DNA from: Lama guanicoe
Taxonomy: Eukaryota
Reading direction: 5' to 3'
Length of the DNA: 64,000 nt
NCBI GenBank assembly: GCA_013239625.1
Contig: MU053810.1
Span: 1,685,518-1,749,517 of the forward strand
In this document: positions 40,330 to 53,950 of the stretch, piece after piece
Numbering within the stretch: the first letter of the stretch is position 1
How the letters are laid out: each line of letters begins with the position of its first letter
The notes under the pieces: model-generated
Seen by the model: only the letters and a program-made list of their open reading frames with translations
The model's database searches: none
Told to the model about the DNA's origin: nothing
Made by a program: the position numbers and the translations under genes

Positions 40330-43300
40330 TAGAGAAGCCTAATCGCAGGGTCTGAGGCTGCTGTGGGGGTGAATTTAGAGGCGATTGATCTAGGGCGGGT
40401 GTGGCTCTTTGAACAATAGAATGACTTAGCCAGTTGCTGCTTGTCAATCATGTCGCTTGGAAGTCTTATTGACACTTATCTCTGTTACTGTTGAACTAGT
40501 AATTTAGATGAAATTAAATTAGATAGACAAACCAGGAGAGTTTGGATTCTTTGGAATAGATAGCTGGGTTGCATAGATATACGTCTTTTATTAATAGGAA
40601 GAAGAACATAAAAGAATGACAGTTTATTTGACTGACAGTTGTATGACTTTTATTTATTTAGGTTAAATAAATTTATCAGCAAAAGAGCAGCTTTGTGCCA
40701 TTTTAAGTTTATCAGGTTTGTATAAAACTGAGAGTGTAAAGGAAGATGAAAAAAGTATAATTGAGATTAAAAGAAATCTTGATGGAGCTATACCTACCAC
40801 AGAATATGTTTTATTTTCTTTGTTTGAATCATTTTTGCATATCTAGTCTAGTTTACGTTTGTAGAATAAAAATGTAAGTGTTACTTTGGGCAGCTGTTCA
40901 TCAGATTAGAAATCCAGAATGTATCTGCTCTTTGTAATAGTTCTGATCGTGTAAATAGCCATCCTTTGAAAGCTTTTGTTTTTCCAACCTCTTCTTTTGC
41001 AAGAACAGCCCTGAGGGATGCTTGGTTACGTGAGTACCGAAGGTGTTTGTGTCCTAGACACGCTTATCTGAAGCCAGACGTTGTAACAGAAGTCATCTCA
41101 TGACTAGATCGTTTCTTTCCCTTTGGTTCCAAGTTGTTGTTCTTGTTTATTTCATTATGGCGGTGGACTTAATTTATCACGTGCTTATGCTGTTTGGTCT
41201 TGACTTGAGCTAATTCTGTTTAATTATGTCGTCTCTCAAATATAGAAAGTAAATGGAATGGAAATTAGACCTTTCAGAGCAATGGATTGGCTGGAAACAT
41301 TACAGGGGTTCTTGTACAACTGTGGTTTAGAATGACATTCGTATGTGGAAGTTCTGCTTGGTGAATCTTCCATGGCAGTGTCTCCTTGTTAGCTGAGAAT
41401 TTGCGGGAGGTAATATTCCAGCAAATGGTTAAATCAAGGCAGATTTTTCCAGAAACAAATGTGTACTGTGAACGAAGCAGAGATATATTCGTATGTGTAG
41501 GCAACATAAAGACATCCTGACAGAACTCTTAGTTAAGAGCCTGAGCCCTGCGAGAGGCCAAGGAGACTCCTGTCTGACGAAGAACGTTCTCCCTTTGTTG
41601 CTTTCAGAGGAGTTCAGTCAAGCATGACCTGTGTCAGTTATTGTGCAAGTAAAAGGAATCACTAGTTTCAGTTTATCTGTGGCTTCTCTCCTCCCAGAAA
41701 GAATTTTATTTGCAGCTTCCTCAGAAGGCATTTTGGTCCACATCGATGTTCTGATACATCATTGTTTAGAGAAAAAGACCCACCAAAGTACAGAAGAATT
41801 TTTTTTTGCAAATGTGCTTTAATATTCAAGTCTTGTGCTAGCACTTAGACAGGATAAAGTTGCACTCAGACTTAAGAGTCTCAAAATGCAATTTTGCATC
41901 TTTTGTTATACTGTAATAGTGTGACCATTATGTTTAGAGGGGAAATATCCTTCTCAAATATAAATTTCATTGAGTAAATAGGCAAAAGTTATATGAATTT
42001 TGAGAACAGATTATGTCTAAAATTTGAGGCTCGGCATTCATCTAAAGGAAGTACTCAAGCCTTGAGTTGGGGGAGGAGCTTCTCTCAGGCAGGCTAGGGG
42101 CAGGAGTGATGCCTACATTTCCCATTGACCTCACTGTCATCCATGAGAAAATTTGCCAAGAAAGAATGGAAGTCCTGAGTTTCTAACCCACTCATTCCTG
42201 CCATTAGATGGGACCATATTTCAGCAAGAAAATCAAAATTGATGTGTTCTACTTAAAAATCTCTTTGAAACAGAAAATTTTAGATCTCCTTAAAAACTCT
42301 GTTCCCACATTTATAAAGTGTAACAGTGTCTGTTACGTGAGCTTCTGTATAAAAGGAAAGATATGATTGCATGATTGCATTGCATTCTCAGCTGGGAAAA
42401 AAAAAAGCATACTTATTTACTCCAGAGATTAGGATAACCCAAGATTATTGTAATACAAGTTATACAAGTATTATTTTTCTGAGAAATAGGATTCCTTAAG
42501 ATCAGTATGTTACTTATTCATACAGTCAAAATTTAGATAAATATTTAAGTCCTTTTCAAGGTTCTGTTCCCTTATTTAACAGTCCTCATTATTAGGAGTC
42601 ATCCTTATAGGGAATTTAAAGCTTTCATCTCTGTTACTGCTTTTTCTTCTCCTGAGTGAATTTAGGGCAAAACTGATCATTATCCTAAGTAATGGGTGGT
42701 TTCACTTCTTCTGTTTCCGAGGTGCATTACCAAACATTCCAAGGGACCATGCTCTCATAAGATCAATTTTCTGTTCTTTTAATCATTTTTGGTTACATGG
42801 GTTATAGAAGCTGGATACTTGGCTTGCTCTAGCCATGACGACATGGGAAACTGAACTACAACCTTGAGAATAATTTTTCCCAGTGGGACCATAATTACTA
42901 TACCATTCTTATCAGATTTGGTGGAGGTTTGGTAAAGCATTACAAGAAGCTATAATGCAGACTGAATTTGTTTATTACGAAGATTTCTCTTCACCCCTTC
43001 ATCATAACAGCAGCAACAAAAAAAAAAATGTTTTTCTGTTTTTAAAGGCTTGCAAATAATAAATCATTTCTGTGTAACTTTCAGATGTAGTTTATTAAAA
43101 TAGCCTTTACCTTTCAAAACAGACTAAGTGATCTGATACCTTAAAATATCAAAGGGAATTCAGGTATCGTTAGTAAATTAGTAAATAGTTCTGAGGTTAC
43201 AAGAGAAATTCCTTTGCTTCTTCAAAAAAAAAATGAAAAATGTCTATGGTAAAATTAACCCTCATATTTAAAAAAGAAAATAAAAGATAAAAACTAGTTA

Positions 43301-43859
43301 AAAGTCTAGAAAGTATAAGGGATATTATAATGTGAACACTGGTCGTGAACACTGGTCATGAGACCTTGAGCATTTTGTTTAATTTCTATAACTCTCTTTA
43401 TATGCAAAATAACCATCTTAGTACCTAAGACACAATGTGTATATAGCATATGGTACCTGGCACAAAGTGACACTGTGTTTGTATCTACTGTTTGTTTATC
43501 AGCATTGTTACTTTAAAAAGACAATGATGCTGACTGGTCTGTCCGCACCCAGGCCCAGTGCCCACGGAGGTGACGCCCCTGGGGATTTCCGCTGAAAGAG
43601 ACTTTGACACCTTCTCTCCAAAATTCATTTTTCCCTAGGACATCTTTTGTTTTTTTAACATTGTTATGTCTGTCTGTCCATGTGTATGTAAAACTCTGCA
43701 TTACCTTCTGTTTTTCATAAAATATTTTGTAGAACTTTAGAAACCAAAAAAAACCCCCGCAGAGATCAGCCAATTCAATCTCCATAGGTACAGATGTGAA
43801 AAATGAATCTACATACAATGGCCTTGGTTATTCATTACAGAAATATGAGTATAAAAACA

Positions 43860-44560
43860 TACTTGGGATGAAAAGCATAGTTTACATTAATTCAGAGAAA
43901 TTCATAAAATAACAGAAAATGCAAAGAAGAAAATTAAGTTTTCTGCAAAGCTACTATATAGAGATAACAATCAATATTTCGCATACCTGCATCCAATCTT
44001 TGTTTACAGTATATACACACACAAACGTACACAGTAAGAAGACTGGCATTATGCTATACTTTCACCACCTGTTTTTCTCAAAATATATACACTTGTTCTA
44101 CACTGTCAAATACCTGTCTGAATGTGGTGACCAATAGTTGCAACAAATTCCTTTGTTTCATCACTTATGTAATCTGTTTCAGCACTGATTTGTCATGTAG
44201 GTTGCTTTTCACATTAATTATCAGGAAAACACTGCTGATCATCCTTGTTTCTAAATTTTTGCACATTTCTGATTCATAAAAAATGAATATGTAGCCACTG
44301 AATGTTAATGGAGTTTTATATCCTTTGACAAATTGTTTTCTATATAGATGATACCAATTTACTCCCCTACCAGGATTATATTAGATCTGCCATTTCCCCA
44401 AATGCTCTCAGACATTATAATCATTTTTTTAAACGTCACAATTTGATAAGCAGAACGTGGTATCTCATTGTTGCTCTAGTATTCTTTTGATTACCAGAAA
44501 GTTCTAACATTGTCATTTATTCATGGGTCGTGTGTAATTTCCATAATTTCTTGATAAGTA
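43860..44560 (-). mobile_element. Ancient L1 (L1ME-like) fragment
   Basis: gtaggttgcttttcac...taccaatttactccc...atttgataagcagaacgtggtatctcattgttgc is a typical reverse-strand L1M 3' region. Confidence 0.6.
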
Positions 44561-45412
44561 GCTCCACTATGTAATTGTTTCTCAGCCCCAGATTCTTTGA
44601 CACAGTGTGCAGAGGTCTTCCCGGTCAAATGCTACCATTCATACTTATGTGTTTCTCTCTCCTCCAATGTAATGTTTTGAATTTGAATCTCAGTGTTCAG
44701 GAAGCTCACCTTCCCCCTCATGCCCCACCTTTTTTCTCCATCCCCTGAGTGTAATGAGCATAACATTTCCAGCAAAAAACCCAGAAAAATCTACTCATGC
44801 CTCCGTGGTTCACATATTTGGAAACGTAAGGCTGTGTCATTTCAGTCGTGTGAAAGTGACTTCAACACACATGCAGAATTCTTGTACTAGGAACAAATCT
44901 GGAAAACAGCGGACCTCACTTAAAATGGTTCTACTATAAGTTATGACCGTGACACTTTCTGAATCCCTTAGAATACTCCATTTTATTCTTCTCACCAGCA
45001 GTCCATTATCTGCGCTTTCTGGACCCCAGCCGCTTTCTCGCAGGCATCTGTGTTTCAGATCTGGTGACACTGTTAGTGCTACAGTGTGCCTTTACTATGT
45101 CCGTTACTGTTATTCACAGCCAGTAAGAAGCATTAGCATTTCCAAAAATAAAACTGACAACTAATTTGGAGAGCAAATATATTTTTAAAATACTTAGAGA
45201 TTCAGTAAACTCTTTGAGGAACATTATATATAGTCTGCCATACATGGTCTCCTTAGAAGCTTACAGAGCAGGCAGCAATTTTTCAAAGAACTTAATCAAA
45301 ATTATGTTCACAGATTGAAAAAAAAAATAACTTTAACAAACAGAAATAGAAATGTGCTTTTATTATGCAAAATGTCTTAAGCTTTAATTCCCCCCAAAAT
45401 AATAGCGTAGAC

Positions 45413-45613
45413 CAGTACTGTCCAATAGAACTTCCTGTGCTGATGAAATGTTTTAAATGTAAATCATCCAGTATGGACCTACTAGCTACATGTGGCTCCT
45501 ATGCACTTGAAAGGTGGCTAGTGAGACTGGGAAATTGAATTTTTAATTGGATTTAATTAATTAAGTTTAATTTAAAGAGATACATATGACTGATGGTTAC
45601 CATGTTGAACATT
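45413..45613. mobile_element. MER3 (hAT-Charlie) DNA transposon
   Basis: cagtactgtccaatagaacttcctg...ctagctacatgtggct...gcacttgaaaggtggctagtgagactg...gaatttttaatt matches the recalled MER3 consensus along its length. Confidence 0.85.
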
Positions 45614-48535
45614 AAGTTTCAAGTACACTTACAAATTTTTCCTACTTTTTACTTTCTTGCCTTTTGAAAAGCCTTAGAATTTTACATATGATTAAATGAT
45701 ACATTTGCAAATTTAAGCATTCTGCTTTACTTGATTTTGTCCATAAAAATAAACAATTTGTAGTTCTGACTTGATGGTAGGATACATCCATTATAGTTAC
45801 TTAGCAACCAAAATAAAAAAGAACATATTGCTAAACTATGGAAGAAACAGTCTTGGAAAAACTTGAATTTATTTTTTTCTTCACATTTATACACCCCAAT
45901 TAAAGTTCTTTCAGAAGAACTGAGCCTCACATGTGACTTTCAAAGTTATCAGGGTCCTTTCATTCATTTAAGGACAGATCGATCTACAAATCCTTCAGTA
46001 AATTGTGTCATCTTAATTTGTCTCTCCTCAAAATGGAAAACACTTCAAAATTATTCATTTTTCAGAAGATACAATTGCTTCTCTTTCCTGCGCAGCTTCA
46101 TTAGGTCCTTCTATTGTCAAGTACGCACAAGCTCCCTCAAGTCTCCACAAAAGGAAGAAGAAATAGAAATCATCACATTTTCCTCATAAAATACCCTCTC
46201 AAAAAACTCCTCCAAGATAGAAAGCATTATGCTAAGTGATATTTTATTGCTTGAATACATAGGTTTCTAATGTACCCTATTTGACCTTGATTCATCAAAA
46301 GAAGCAAAAATTTAAGAATTTTCTGCATGTTAGAAATCACTGGTTAATTCTGACATATCTGAGAAAATTTTTTTAGAAGGTCTATGAACAAAAAAGAAAA
46401 ATGAGAGGAAAATCTGAGAGATTCAGATTAGCACCTGGTGGTCACCTAAATTTTATTTTGCCTTATCTAATGCTGAATTACATTATTAATCGTTAGAATT
46501 AGAACTACAGAAGGAATTAAAAAAAAGTTTAAGGCAAAAGCATCTTCTGTTTGTAGATTCTTATTTCACAACTCCAACAACCTAATTCTGTTAATGCATT
46601 GCATTTGTGTATGGGAAGCTGATAACTTCCATAATAGTGCATTCTTCCTCTCAAAAGTCTTTTTTTTCCCCGAGTCTTTATGCTGGGAATGAACTTGCAG
46701 TTTGGGGATACATGTTATTGACATTAAACAGTACTCAGCAAATGGTGCTGTGTGCTGGGCTCGACTGGAACTAGAAAAGAAGATAAGAGATAATCATTTG
46801 AGGCCAGTCATTAAGCATTGGCAACACACAAATGAGGACATTTAGCTAATCATTTACTTGGCAATTCAGACAAAATATTAAAATATTCACATAAATATAA
46901 GAATCAGACAATTTAGGAAAGTACTTATACAGTCTCTACGTGAATGTTAGTTTTCAAGAAGACAAATAAACTAGATCATGGCTAACCATGCCACAGGGTA
47001 CTCATTAAACTGTTTTCATTTCAGCTAGACTGGATATTGATTGGAGAGGATTCCTGGAGTTTCCATATGATCCCTCTGTCCCTCCTGCTGATACTGCTCA
47101 GAATGTCTAAAAAAATGCAATTCACTACTTAACACTTTGAATCATATCATCTTTAGATTTGGATTACTGGATTTTATTCCCTATGTGTTCATCTGTTCAG
47201 AGATTCATTTCATTTAAAAAAAATTTTTTTTAAAGCCCCTAATAGGTATTATAGTTGATCTTGGTTTTGTAAAGATGCAATAAATCAGTCGAAGCTGTTA
47301 TCACCACAACTAAGACCGAATGTTTGGTTCATCATTTTGGCTGACTTTTTAAAGAAGAAAGTTTTCTGGAATCAAATGAAAGCTTCTAGTATTGGCAGGA
47401 GCCACCAGTAAATACATTCCTAATTACTTGTTTTTGACAGGGGTATGTCTGAAATACAACAGAAATGACCGTTTGGAAGCTGTCATTGATTGGCAGGTCA
47501 TCAGACAAAACTCCGTCTCATTAATTTTGGTTTTGTTAATTCATCTCCTCCCAATCGCTGGAGGTGTCTGAACAGGAGATAGAACTAACATAGCAAAACT
47601 GGGCACTCCTTCCTTTCACTCCATATGCGTGATCGGTAACTGACTCCCAGAAGCTTTACAGTCGTGTCCATAGTTTGAGCTTTCCAAAGTCTAATACGAA
47701 ATTAAAAGAAAACTAGTATTTTAAACACCTCCTGATATGATAGCTATTGTGCAAACTTTTAATATGAAGACCTAAAAAAATTCCATCACAGTGATGTCAT
47801 GGCAAGTCTATGTCATTTATTTATTTCCAAGAACTAAATTGTTTAGCAAAATACATAGGAAAGCAGTATGTAGGAATGTGTCCTATTTAGACAAAGACAG
47901 AAGATTTTCATATGCCTTAAAACTTAAAAAGAGAGAGAGAGAGAGAAGGCATGATTCCTGTACCTCAAGCAAGCTTATTAAATAGCATGAAATTAGCATT
48001 TTCTCTAATGTAGGATAGAGTTTACACTTTGAAAATTATATATGCATCTTTTGCTTATACCGAAAAGCTATGAATTGGATTAACATTTTTAAGCAGTGTT
48101 TCCTAATCTTATAACCTGCAGGTATATTTGGTACATGTCTCTGGAAGCATTCCAGGCCCCTAAAGAGTTCACTTGGGGCCACTCCCTCCCCTTTCTCTTC
48201 TGGCATAGAATTTCATGGTGAATAATCAGAAATGGGTAAATGTTTGACTTTCCTCCTGGATATGCTAAGTATCTACGTTTCCTGAACACAGTTACTAAAA
48301 GACAGCTCACCGTCTTGTGGGCACCACACTCCCACTTTATGTCCTAGAGGAGATCATTGTTGGGTCTATTGACTTTAATCAAAACTTAACCTTCCCTAAT
48401 ATAAGACAAAAGACAAATTCCTAGAAGCCTCATTTCAGGGCCTCAGTGTGGTTTCAGTGAGTTTAGGTCTATAGAAATTAGATGCAGCATATGATCTATG
48501 GTTGCCACATTGAAATTAGACAAAAATTATACCTG

Positions 48536-48775
48536 ACATTTATTGAACACTTGCAATGGGAAAGGGATTGTTCTAAGCAATTTTCATTTACTATCTCATT
48601 TTAATTCTCAAAACAACTCTGTGATACAGATAGTAATATCTCTATTTTATTTTACTAGGAAAAGTGAGGCACAGAGAAGTGAACAGAAGAGCCCAAGGTC
48701 GTGCAGATACCCAGTAGCAATGCTGGGATTTGAGCCAGACTGTTCAAACGCAGGCATTATGAACTGCTGTGACAT
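48536..48775 (-). mobile_element. MIR SINE
   Basis: acatttattgaacactt...ttaattctcaaaacaactctgtga...gaaaagtgaggcacagagaagt...cccaaggtc...gctgggatttgagccagac. Confidence 0.75.
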
Positions 48776-49279
48776 ATGATTTCCCAAGATTGGATACTAT
48801 GATATTTTAGAAATAATTTTATAGCTTCCCAAATAGTCCCTAACAGATATGACAGTATTCAGGAAGTGCATTCCTGTCATTATAGGCATTCCAAAAACTA
48901 AGTAAAACACTGCTAATATTACTTTTCCATCAACATTTACCAAAATCAGGCAAACTCATTAGTATAAGGCTCTGGTCTTTTTTTAAAGGAGATTTTAAAT
49001 ATGATTCATTAACAGTCGTGTTTTGTCATAAAATACATTTGCTTATAATTTATATGATTTTTAATATTAAAGTTCTTGCCAAAGTTTCTATCTAATCTAT
49101 TTATTCCTCAGGGACACCGCTGATGAATTATTATAAATTCCTGTAGGCATTATAAGTGCTAATTATTAACCTTTCTTGGGTATAATTCTGTATGTTTAAT
49201 AAATAGCAATACTGATTTTTTAATGATATAAATTCTATATTTAATTTTATTTTCTTCTTTTCAGTCCTTGTAATTTATT

Positions 49280-49370
49280 CTTTTAATTTATGCTTAATGA
49301 AGTATAGTCTGTTTGCAATGTTGTGTCAATTTCTGATGTATAGCATGATGCTTCAGTCATACATGAGCAT
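49280..49370 (-). mobile_element. Very short L1 3' end fragment
   Basis: tgaagtatagtctgtttgcaatgttgtgtcaatttctgatgtatagcatgatgcttcagtcatacatga is nearly identical to 22840-22905. Confidence 0.75.
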
Positions 49371-49848
49371 AAAGTTCTCTCTTTAATTTTATTAAAGAAA
49401 TTTCTTCGAAACCTTTAGAACAATCAGGCTCTTATTCTAGCTAATGTAGCTTTATGTATACTGGAAAAAAATTTAATCACTACCCATTCCTAAGGAATTC
49501 AGCTTTAGCTTCAAGGACATGGGGTCATCTTACGTTCTTGATTTCAAATGTCAAAAGTCTTTCAAAATTTACAAATACATCAAGAAAATGTCTTAAGTAT
49601 ACTCTGAGTGATAGTGGATTGGAACCCTGCTTACGAACTGAGTAATCTGAGACCCTAATCAACATTTTCCACTTCCTTGATAAAAGGACTTCTGTGTACA
49701 TGGGCATATGACTTTCAGATTTTTATAAGTAATCTCTTTCCAGGGATCGATTATTTTAAATCCTTATTTTAAAACCCCATCAGGTGAAAAACATACTTCT
49801 ACATTCATTATTAGAATGCTGTAGTTTTGTTAAGTGAAGAAATGTTGA

Positions 49849-50004
<156 letters not shown>

Positions 50005-50142
50005 TAAGTTAGGTGCAAAAAATGATTTGCAAATTTGAGGTTCTGACCTGTGTTTGCATGGGTATCTTGACCCTGCGGATATATGGGGATGCAGCAGTGA
50101 TTTTAATTTTGCTCTCTCCATGCTGCCAATTGGTCTTGATGA

Positions 50143-50247
<105 letters not shown>

Positions 50248-51975
50248 TAAAAAGGAACAACGCAAAAAATTTACAAACATTTTCAACCTTGTTGCTTCTA
50301 CGGTTCCACTGAAGTTTGAATGTGTCGGGGTGATGATTCAGGATGCATGAACAAATGTGTATGTGTGAAAAAAGAATACCATGACCAAAATGCAAAAAAT
50401 GCTCACGAGTGGGAATTTTAGTATTATCCTTTGATTGCTCAAAATTACCAAGAACCTTTGTAATCCATAAGATGGTTATCTGACATATGTTTATAACCAC
50501 TATGGGGCTTACGATAGATGATGACTGTGATGGATGAGTCTATCAGTTGATGCTGTGGTCCTTATTCATCAGAAATCGTGGTATGACACACCTTCACCAT
50601 AACAAGGAGGGTCTATGCAGCATCACATACACATTCTTAACAAGTTCTTATAAATATCTCACATGTTACTAACCAAGATTAGAGGTGTGGTCTAAGGCTG
50701 AGGCAGACAGTGACACTAACTAGCCTGTCCATAAATAGAATGAGTGGTTTTGGTCTGTGTCATAACTAACTGACTTTGAAACTTAAGCTGCATCACTAGC
50801 TGGTAGCAAAGAGGTTTACTGATTTTGATGAATGGCAAAAAGGATTTTTCAATTGGTAGAGTTTTTCGGAGACCGAATGCTCATTTGTTGGAAATACGGA
50901 GCGAAGACATTCAAGTGTCTTTTATTTACCCAACCATTTTATGCATCAATTATGTCCCAAGTGCCAAAGAAGCCACAATGAGTAAGACAGATATGGTCAC
51001 TGCCACCCAGGGAGCTTACAGTCTGTCTGTGAAGAAGTCACCTCTTACCTTCAGAGTCTTTGAAAATTCTGCTTCTTCCTCCAGGAGGAGAACTGAGTCC
51101 TCAAGCTGTTCGTTTAGTGCCTGTTACCCCAGAGCTTCCTGTCGTACCAGAAGCCTATGTCTTATCATTCTTGCTGCAGTGTTCACTGTGATGGTAGAGG
51201 CATGCTCGGGAATACCTTAAAAGTTACTGAAGTAGAAAGAACAGAATGCCAGTTCCTTGAATAACAGGCTTCGGGAAACGTGTAGCTTGCGAACTTTGGG
51301 ACAGAGCAATATTATTTACTATAACTGCTATTCTGTTTTCAATTCACCATGTTGTTCCAGTCATTCCCTTTGTGTAATGAACTTCAAATAATGACGAAGC
51401 AAGCAGGCAGTTAGCATTCTGAGAAGTAGATTTTAACTTGGCTATATCTCCGGTGTGGGAAGAACTGCTGTAAAATCAAGGGTTTGTGGTCATTTACATT
51501 CAGACGTTGCTGACATGCTGTATGAATTATATGCAGAGCAGAAGTCAGTCAAGATCTGTTCAGATAATGACCAAAATGAGTCTAGAGAGATGGCATTTTA
51601 ATGGGTATATTTAAGTGATACTGAGCTCAGACATGAAAAGTGCCCCAGAGAATTAAGTAGAAGGTCCTGGCTTGGGATGCAAACCTAATCCAAGTTCCAG
51701 TCCAGTGGTGGCCTCCTCTCAGAACTTTCCCCAAACCATGAGTCTGTGTGAGGTGCCCAACCCCTGCGGTCCCTGGCTTCCGGCACCAACCTCCATCGTC
51801 TGCATTTAACCCAGGGCTTATGGACGGGTCATCCGTGTGTCTCCTCTGCTAGGCTCTGGGCTTATTAAAAATGAACTGTCCTAACATCTCCACAGACTAA
51901 GAACGTACCTGATGCTGCAGAAAAATGAATGTGTGAATGATTATCATTGGGTGCCCAGTGAAGGCATCATGATTA

Positions 51976-52071
51976 GGCTTGTCTGGGAATGAAAGGTTTC
52001 CTAGGTTGAGGGACTGAAACCAGTGCTGAAACCAGAAAAGTTGAGGGGAAATCAGGATGAGTTAGCGCCCA
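51976..52071. mobile_element. MER94/MER81-type (hAT-Blackjack) MITE
   Basis: ggcttgtctgggaatgaaaggtttcctagg...gggact...cagtgctgaaaccag...ggaaatcaggatgagttagcgccc resembles the recalled consensus. Confidence 0.55.
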
Positions 52072-52249
52072 CAGCTAGAGAGCTGTTAGGACTGTTTTGG
52101 ACTGAAATCATGTTACTATAAATGAAAGAACCTGCCACTAAACATTTCATTATTTTTTTTTTAAAAATCTTTGTTGGAAACAGATATTTAATAACGTTCC
52201 AAACAAGCAATTTTGGCATTCAAAATGCATCCGCAAGTTGCATATTTAA

Positions 52250-52370
52250 CTCATACAACATTTTTATAGTGGAGGAAACTGAGGCTTCCAGGAGCTAAGT
52301 TACTTGTGCAGGAGCTCAGAGCTCTTAAAGTGATAAGCTTGGAACTGAAACTCAAGCTCTGTGACTCCCG
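52250..52370 (-). mobile_element. MIR SINE
   Basis: ttttatagtggaggaaactgaggcttccaggagctaagttacttg...gaaactcaagctctgtgactcc. Confidence 0.65.
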
Positions 52371-53369
52371 GCCTGTCTTGATGCCTCATGGATTCTGCCT
52401 CACGCCCGCCAGGCTGCAGGGGCACTAAGAAGTTAATCGTCACTGCTTCCTGTGAACCCTAGACATACTACGGCAGGCGTGCTACTGAAAAATAAATATT
52501 CCTATAATTGACAGTGCACGAAAATTACATGGTTTTGAAATTGACATAAAGTGAATGCAGAAGAGAATCAAGCAAAGCATATGATTTCTGCATATTACAA
52601 AAAGCAGAGGGACTTTTTCAAAATTAATGGGGAAAAAAGAAAGGTGATGATGCATATGAATGAGGAAGGAATTTATCATAGAACACTATTAAGGAATCTG
52701 CAAGTTTTCTGCATGTTACCATTTGGTATTTTATTGAATACCAAACGCTGGTTTAAAATCGTGGATTTATTTTTAATTCTTCAGCAACCTGGTTATATAC
52801 ATATCAAAACCTGCTTAATTAATTGGTTTAACTATGGCTCATTGCACTTTTGTTCAACTTAATTTCCCCAATGCATTTTATTAATTTCTCCTTAGACATA
52901 TGAGCATCAAATATTTTGCATTTGCTGCCCAGAAGCATTTCCCCAGACTTTAGAGCTTTTATTAACAAATTCAATAAAACAAGACAAGCCTTATCCTAAG
53001 CTGCACAAACACTGCCTCTCAGACTGTTTTCTTCCATCCTCCTTACCTTCTTCTTTGTGCTCTCTTATCCCTGAATGATGATCAGTTGGTGGTGATTACA
53101 GAATTCTCAAGTTGGGCTTCCTCTAAAAAGATAATTTTAATTGGTTTGCTTATTTCCTTTAATTCCCACTATTCAGGGAGCCAAAAGTAAGGCAAACTGT
53201 TTGTAGTGGCTTATACAAAGTCTAAAGGAATCTGAGTTGTAGGAACATACAATGAGATCCATGATCAAAAATGCTTTACTCAGGCTAGGTGGCCCCTTAC
53301 TGCTAAGTAAGAAAATCACTGAAAATTGAGAGGACCCGTTTCAACCACTCTCAACTATACCTTTTGCGT

Positions 53370-53950
53370 TCACTCATTCAACAAGAGTTTTTGAGTGTCT
53401 CTGTCTTCAAGTTACTGTCCTAGATTGTGAATCCCCTGGTGACTGAAAGAGAGAAAAATCACTTCCCTCGCAGAGCTTCCATGTTTGGATCTGAATGATT
53501 GGGAACCAGCTACACAGAAGTGAAAGCAAAGAGCGTTTCAAAGGCAGACAGATTACTTAGTAATGGATTAGAAGTGAAGGAAAAGAGAAAGATACGAATC
53601 TAGGATGCTTCCTGAACTTTTGTTTGAGCAATGTGGGAGATGCTGGCGCTCACTTTTTGACATAAGTGAGATGGTGCAGGAAATAGAGACTAAGGTGGGA
53701 AGAAATAGAGTCTGGTTGGAGACACATTCACTTTGAGACGTCAATCAGACTTCTAAGTGGAAATGCTGCATAGGTGTGAATATATAAGCCAGAAATTCCA
53801 GGAGAAGGTTATGTCTAGAAGTTCAGATTGGACAGTCATTATCATATAGACAGTGTTTAAATTCACTGGACTGAATGCAATCAGCTGTGGAAAGGGTATA
53901 AAATGGAAATAGAAGAGATCCCAGGAAGCAGCCTATAGACTGGCATAATG
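53370..53950 (-). mobile_element. L2 LINE 3' region
   Basis: ttcactcattcaacaagagtttttgagtgtct...ctaggatgcttcctgaactttt...ttgagacgtcaatcagacttctaagtggaaatgctgcataggt. Confidence 0.7.

Noticed and set aside
43332..43357. 13-bp tandem duplication gtgaacactggtc x2 (and similar micro-duplications near 56312 and 61632)
   Set aside because: Ordinary slippage-scale events with no further structure.
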